Positions 59,368 through 64,000 of a stretch of 64,000 bases of DNA are shown here, in pieces. Source of the DNA: Nitrospinales bacterium (GTDB lineage Bacteria > Nitrospinota > Nitrospinia > Nitrospinales > VA-1); assembly GCA_965223795.1 (NCBI GenBank), contig CBDCXL010000002.1, positions 1,536,001 through 1,600,000 on the forward strand. The letters run 5' to 3'. Numbering within the stretch: position 1 is the first letter of the stretch; each line of letters opens with the position of its first letter. The notes below the pieces were generated by a model that was not told the DNA's origin, did not search any database, and saw only the letters and a list, made by a program, of their open reading frames with translations. A program made the position numbers and the translations under genes.

Positions 59368-60231
59368 TCAGCCGATTTTTTTCGAAATCATTCCCAGGAT
59401 GCGGTCGAGGTCTTCATTGGAATAGTACGTGATGACCATCTTGCCGCCTTTTTTCTGGGGGGCTATCTCCACTTTAGTCCCCAGCTTTCTCTGCAGGTCG
59501 GTTTCCAGATTTTTCAGAAACACGTCCTTGGCCGCCGCCTCCCTCTGGGGCTTCGGATTTTTCAACTGCCGCACGCGCGCTTCTACCTGGCGCACGTTGA
59601 GGTTCTTGGCGATGATTTCCTGCCGCAGCAGCTCCAGCTCTTTTGCGGAATCCACGCCCAAAAGGGCGCGTGCGTGCCCCATGGTCAGCCTTCCCGCGAT
59701 GACGTCTTCCTTGATCTTCTGCGGCAGTTTCAACAGCCTCAAGGTGTTGGTGATCGACACGCGGTTTTTGCCCAGCCGCTGGCCGAGCTTTTCCTGCGTC
59801 AACCCGAACTCGTTCAGCAGGCGCTGGTAGGCTTCCGCTTCCTCGATCGGGTTGAGATCCTGCCGGTGGATGTTCTCGATGATCGCAAGTTCCAGCGCCT
59901 GCACGTCGCTGGCTTCGCGCACGATCGCGGGAATCTTTTTCAGGCCGGCTTTCTTGGCCGCCCGCCAGCGGCGTTCGCCGACAATCAGCTCGTAATTATT
60001 TTTGCCCTTTTGGACCACCACCGGCTGCAGCACGCCGTTCTCTTTTATGGAGAGAACGAGTTCTTCCAGCTTGTCGTCGTCGAAATACTTGCGCGGCTGA
60101 AAGCGGTTGGGGGCGATCTCGTCCACCAGCAGCTCGCCCGCGCTGGCTGTGACCGGCGCGGTCTCCGGAACACCCAGCTCGAAATCCGGAATCAGCGCGT
60201 TGATGCCTTTGCCCAAGGCCTTGCGGTTCAT
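59368..60231 (-). CDS. parB: Chromosome partitioning protein ParB
   Basis: ALGKGINAL, NRFQPR, GERRWRA, IENIHRQDL and HTH. Confidence 0.96.
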   Translation of the reverse strand: MNRKALGKGINALIPDFELGVPETAPVTASAGELLVDEIAPNRFQPRKYFDDDKLEELVLSIKENGVLQPVVVQKGKNNYELIVGERRWRAAKKAGLKKIPAIVREASDVQALELAIIENIHRQDLNPIEEAEAYQRLLNEFGLTQEKLGQRLGKNRVSITNTLRLLKLPQKIKEDVIAGRLTMGHARALLGVDSAKELELLRQEIIAKNLNVRQVEARVRQLKNPKPQREAAAKDVFLKNLETDLQRKLGTKVEIAPQKKGGKMVITYYSNEDLDRILGMISKKIG

Positions 60232-61034
60232 GGTACGCATTCGTCCTTGGCGGCGACTTCGCTCATTTCATCTTTCGCTCGCATGATGATCTCCCGCGCC
60301 AGCTCCACATACGAATCGGACCCCTTGGACCGCCCGGCGTAAAGCACCACGGGCTTGCCGTGGCTCGGCGCTTCGCTGAGCCGGATGTTGCGGGGAATGA
60401 CCGACTCGAGCAGAAATTCCTTGAAATATTTTTTCACCTGGTCGCGCACCTGCGCCGCCAGCAGCGTGCGGCCGTCGTACATGGTGAGCAGAATCCCTTC
60501 GACCCGAAGCTCGGGGTTGAGGGATTTTTTCACCAGCTTCAATGTCTTCAACAAATGACTCAAGCCCTGCAGGGCGTAGTATTCGCACTGCATCGGGATC
60601 AGCACCGAATCGCTGGCGGCGAGCGCGTTGAGCGTCAGCAGCCCCAGCGAGGGCGGGCAGTCGATGACGATGAAATCATATTCTTCCTCCGCGCGTTCCA
60701 GCACCGAAGCCAGCCGTTTCTCGCGCGCTTCGTGCGTCACCAGCTCGATCTCCGCGCCGGTCAGATCTACAGACGAAGGAATGAGTTTGAGCGTTTCGAT
60801 CTCGGTGGCGCGGATCACCTCCTGCAACGGCGCCTCCTGCATCATCAACTCATACAGCCCCTTGTCGCCCTCCGAGAGTTCCACCCCCAGACCGCTCGAA
60901 GCGTTCGCCTGCGGGTCCACATCAACGAGCAGAACCCTGCGGCCGGAAAGCGCGATGCAGGCCGACAGATTGATGGCCGTGGTCGTCTTTCCCACCCCGC
61001 CTTTTTGATTGGCGATGGTTATGATTTTTCCCAT
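60228..61034 (-). CDS. parA: Chromosome partitioning ATPase ParA/Soj
   Basis: NQKGGVGKTT, DVDPQAN, DCPPSLG and IPRNIRLSEAPS. Confidence 0.96.
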   Translation of the reverse strand: MGKIITIANQKGGVGKTTTAINLSACIALSGRRVLLVDVDPQANASSGLGVELSEGDKGLYELMMQEAPLQEVIRATEIETLKLIPSSVDLTGAEIELVTHEAREKRLASVLERAEEEYDFIVIDCPPSLGLLTLNALAASDSVLIPMQCEYYALQGLSHLLKTLKLVKKSLNPELRVEGILLTMYDGRTLLAAQVRDQVKKYFKEFLLESVIPRNIRLSEAPSHGKPVVLYAGRSKGSDSYVELAREIIMRAKDEMSEVAAKDECVP

Positions 61035-61211
61035 ATCACATTGATTTATAGGGCGATAGGCTCATCCCCTAGAATAACATAAAAAAATTCCGCTTCCAAC
61101 ACAAAATTCGGAGAAATGATATTCAAGCCCAACAAATAAATCGGCAAGATGCGATTTTATTGGCATGCGGAATATTATATCGGCAGAACCTATTGTTTTT
61201 TATTCACTTAT

Positions 61212-61227
61212 TGTTTCACATGGAACC
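61212..61227. promoter_or_regulatory. parS-like site
   Basis: TGTTTCACATGGAACC has 2 mismatches to TGTTNCACGTGNAACA and lies just upstream of parA. Confidence 0.6.
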
Positions 61228-61866
61228 CGCCTCAAAGATCATCAGCTTGGAGCGCGGACCCGAGGGGTGTGCCAGCGGGATCTCCGCCGTGAGAGCGGGC
61301 AAGCGCGGGTTCTGCCGCACGCTATCAGGAACCTGGGCTTCGGGTTCTTTCTGGATCACGATGCGGCCGCCGGGATGTAAAAAGGGTGCGGACCAGTTCA
61401 GACAATCCTCCAGAGATCCGACCGCCCGCAGCAAGACCGTATCGTATCGTGTGGAATGAATCCCAGCGGCCTGCTCCGCGCGCAGGTGCAGCACATCCAT
61501 TTCGCGCAATCCCATGCTGCGCACCGCCTGGCGTAAAAAAGCGGCGCGTTTTCGATTGCTTTCGATCAGCGTCATCGGCACGGCGGGCAACACCGCCTTG
61601 ACCGGCAGACCGGGGAAACCACCGCCGCTGCCGATGTCCAGAATGTTTCGCGGTGTTTCAATGCCCTTCATATAGTAAAGGGAATTCAGGATGTGCCGGT
61701 CGATGAGACTTTCCGCATCCTTCTCCGCAGTGAGGTTGATTCTGGCGTTCCACTTCCGCCATTCTTCTATATAGAGCAGGAGGGATTCCGCGGCGGCCTC
61801 CGGTTCCACGGGAAAACCGCACTCGCGCGCGATGGCGCCGATGGAATGGATCAGCTTTTCCTTCAT
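61216..61866 (-). CDS. rsmG: 16S rRNA (guanine527-N7)-methyltransferase
   Basis: WNARINLT, RHILNS, DIGSGGGFPG and RAVG. Confidence 0.94.
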   Translation of the reverse strand: MKEKLIHSIGAIARECGFPVEPEAAAESLLLYIEEWRKWNARINLTAEKDAESLIDRHILNSLYYMKGIETPRNILDIGSGGGFPGLPVKAVLPAVPMTLIESNRKRAAFLRQAVRSMGLREMDVLHLRAEQAAGIHSTRYDTVLLRAVGSLEDCLNWSAPFLHPGGRIVIQKEPEAQVPDSVRQNPRLPALTAEIPLAHPSGPRSKLMIFEAGSM

Positions 61867-62018
61867 GCCCTGAGTCTACCATTCCTCTTAATGTCACCAA
61901 ACTGGAAAGGGGATGGGGCAGCCCAGTGGGAAGAAACTAAAAATGTGGAACAACGGGTCAGGCAGGAAACTGCTACGAGGGAAATGCGGAAAAATGAGGG
62001 GGCGTGCTGCGGGATCGA

Positions 62019-63005
62019 TCAGGCGAGCGCCTTGCGGAATTCCTCGGTCAGAATCGGCAGCACTTCAAGCACGTCTCCGACAATACCGTAATCGGCAATG
62101 GAGAAGATGGGCGCGTGCGGGTCCTTGTTGATGGCGACGATGCATTTTGAGGAAGACATGCCCGCCTGATGCTGGACCGCACCGGAAATGCCGCAGGCGA
62201 TATAGAGGTCCGGTGAAACGGTGCGGCCGGTCTGGCCGACCTGGTTGGAATAGGGACGCCAGCCATCGTCCACGACGGGGCGGCTGGCACCGACCGCGGC
62301 GCCCAGCACCCTGGCCAGCTCTTCCAGAAGGGCGAAGTTCTCTGCATTCTGCATCCCCAGTCCTCCCGAGACCACGATCCTCGCTTCGGTGATATCGAGC
62401 TTGTCCCCGGCTTCCTTGACGATCTCCCGGACCTTCACGGCCAGGGGAGAATCGGGGATGTCCACGGGGAACGTTTCGATGCTGCCCGCACGATCGTGAG
62501 CGGGTTCGCCGCGAAACACGTTGGGGCGCAGTGTGAGGATCTGCGGGCCGTCTCCCTGCAGCACCAGGGTGGCCTGGGCTTTTCCCGCATTGACCGGTCT
62601 TTTGACTTTCAGGTTGGAATCGTCGTCGAAATCCAGTGCGATGCAGTCGGTGGCGAGTCCGGTTTGCAGTTTTGCGGAGAGAGCGGCTGCCAGCTCCTTA
62701 CCGTGCACGGTGGCGGCGAGGAGCAGAACCCTGGGGGCGGCCTGTTTGATTTTATCTGTCAGAACGGAGAGGCTGGTCCAGGCGGAGTGGTGTTCCAGTT
62801 GCGCTGCGGTTAATTGTTCGACCCGGTCGGCGCCGTGTGCGATCAGGGAGTCGGCATCTTTGAGTTTGTCAGAACAAAGCACCCAGGCGGTGACGTTGTT
62901 GCCCGTGGAATCGGCGAGCGTCCGCGCTGCCTGCACCACTTCGAGACTGACGGGTTTGATTTCTCCTTGCACATGTTCAATGACGACGGCGATATCCTGG
63001 GACAT
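62019..63005 (-). CDS. etfA: Electron transfer flavoprotein alpha subunit
   Basis: VGASR, QVGQTG, GISGAVQH and AINKD. Confidence 0.96.
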   Translation of the reverse strand: MSQDIAVVIEHVQGEIKPVSLEVVQAARTLADSTGNNVTAWVLCSDKLKDADSLIAHGADRVEQLTAAQLEHHSAWTSLSVLTDKIKQAAPRVLLLAATVHGKELAAALSAKLQTGLATDCIALDFDDDSNLKVKRPVNAGKAQATLVLQGDGPQILTLRPNVFRGEPAHDRAGSIETFPVDIPDSPLAVKVREIVKEAGDKLDITEARIVVSGGLGMQNAENFALLEELARVLGAAVGASRPVVDDGWRPYSNQVGQTGRTVSPDLYIACGISGAVQHQAGMSSSKCIVAINKDPHAPIFSIADYGIVGDVLEVLPILTEEFRKALA

Positions 63006-63253
63006 TCTCACGATCCTTCCCTATTCTCTGAATTCCAGTTCGTGGCAGGAGCCACTGTGTTGCGTCGACAGGGCTCCCCATGCTCGGATCTTGCCAGAGC
63101 AGCACACATGTATTCTATTTGGCCGGAGGGCATTATAGAGCACCGTGAGGCAGGGAACCAAACAGGAAACGCCGGCAGCCGCCTCAATTTTTTATATGCC
63201 CATTTGGGCATATAATCAGCCGGGAGAATCCGCTCGCGGTTTCACGCCCTCTC

Positions 63254-63424
63254 TCAGTTGGAGTACTTGCCAGGCGGGCGGAACAGAGGCAGATCGAGGA
63301 TCCATTCCACATCCCAGATCTCCCCGATCGTTCCCAGTCCCAGCAGGAACACGTAGAGCAGGAGCAGCGTGAAGCCCAACTGAGTTTTGTATTTATTGAA
63401 ATTTGTTTTGAAGGTGTTCGACAT
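63254..63424 (-). CDS. Small membrane protein between etfB and etfA
   Basis: Single hydrophobic helix FTLLLLYVFLLGLGTIGE followed by WILDLPLFRPPGK. Confidence 0.55.
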   Translation of the reverse strand: MSNTFKTNFNKYKTQLGFTLLLLYVFLLGLGTIGEIWDVEWILDLPLFRPPGKYSN

Positions 63425-63487
63425 GGCAGGCGGTTTACGGGTTAGCAATGGAGCTGCGTGCGTCTCGCATCAAAAGGGATGCGTGCT

Positions 63488-64000
63488 TCAAATCAGCTTT
63501 TCTTCTTCTCGAAGAATGCGCACCAACTGCGGGATCGTCTCAGAGTGCGGTCCTTCGAGCACCCTGCCCTTCTTGCGCGCGTCGGGCAGCGCCAGACCGG
63601 TCTGGCGGATGCGGTTGTCCGACGCGTCCGGCCCTTCCGTCAATCCCAGGGCGGCGCGGTCCAGGACCTCGATCGGCTTTTTTTTGGCGGCGATGATTCC
63701 CTTGAGCGCCGGGAGCCGGGGCTCGTTGAGGCCCTTCTGGCAGGTGCCGACGAACGGCAGCGCGGTTTCCAGAACTTCTGACCCGCCTTCGATCTGCCGT
63801 GTCACCACCGCCTCTTGAAAGCTATCGGAAAATTCGAGGCGGGTGATCACGGAAATAAACGGAATGTTGAGCAGAATCCCGAGCGCCGGCCCGACCTGCG
63901 CCATGTCGTCGTCGACGGCCTGGCGGCCGCAGAGCACGAGGTCGAACTTCAAGGTGCGGATGGCCTGTGCCAACACCTGCGCCACGCCGAGATTGTCGAG
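63488..64000 (-). CDS. etfB: Electron transfer flavoprotein beta subunit (5' part outside window)
   Basis: DLVLCGRQAVD, QVGP, NEPRLP..GIIAAKKKP. Confidence 0.93.
   Translation of the reverse strand, partial: LDNLGVAQVLAQAIRTLKFDLVLCGRQAVDDDMAQVGPALGILLNIPFISVITRLEFSDSFQEAVVTRQIEGGSEVLETALPFVGTCQKGLNEPRLPALKGIIAAKKKPIEVLDRAALGLTEGPDASDNRIRQTGLALPDARKKGRVLEGPHSETIPQLVRILREEEKLI

Overview
Bacterial chromosomal window. Its gene complement and style suggest a Nitrospina/Nitrospinota-like organism (inference only). From left to right it holds: (1) the end of an exopolysaccharide locus, with a WecB/TagA glycosyltransferase, an NAD-dependent epimerase, a WcaJ-type priming transferase and a divergent low-GC Wzc fused to a VanZ-like domain; (2) two paralogous secreted Cys-rich proteins; (3) an orphan, highly structured ~200-nt non-coding segment resembling an IS110 non-coding end (bridge-RNA-like); (4) a TonB-dependent, probably metal-uptake operon led by a His/Cys-rich leader ending in an xPP motif; (5) a c-di-GMP/two-component cluster and a Pal lipoprotein with a long acidic repeat linker; (6) an RsrR-like Rrf2 unit; (7) the flgFGAHI and flgJNKL flagellar operons with two clear sigma-54 promoters; (8) housekeeping genes coaD, aspC, lnt, a DnaC-like ATPase, argA and argH; (9) rsmG-parA-parB with a parS-like site, and etfBA. 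The most striking feature lies downstream of parAB. A MinD/ParA-type ATPase with a large insertion is followed by a bactofilin and a membrane-anchored L,D-transpeptidase. These last two proteins carry the same uncharacterised ~55-aa N-terminal domain (27/55 identical, ungapped), which points to a cytoskeleton-guided peptidoglycan-remodelling system.
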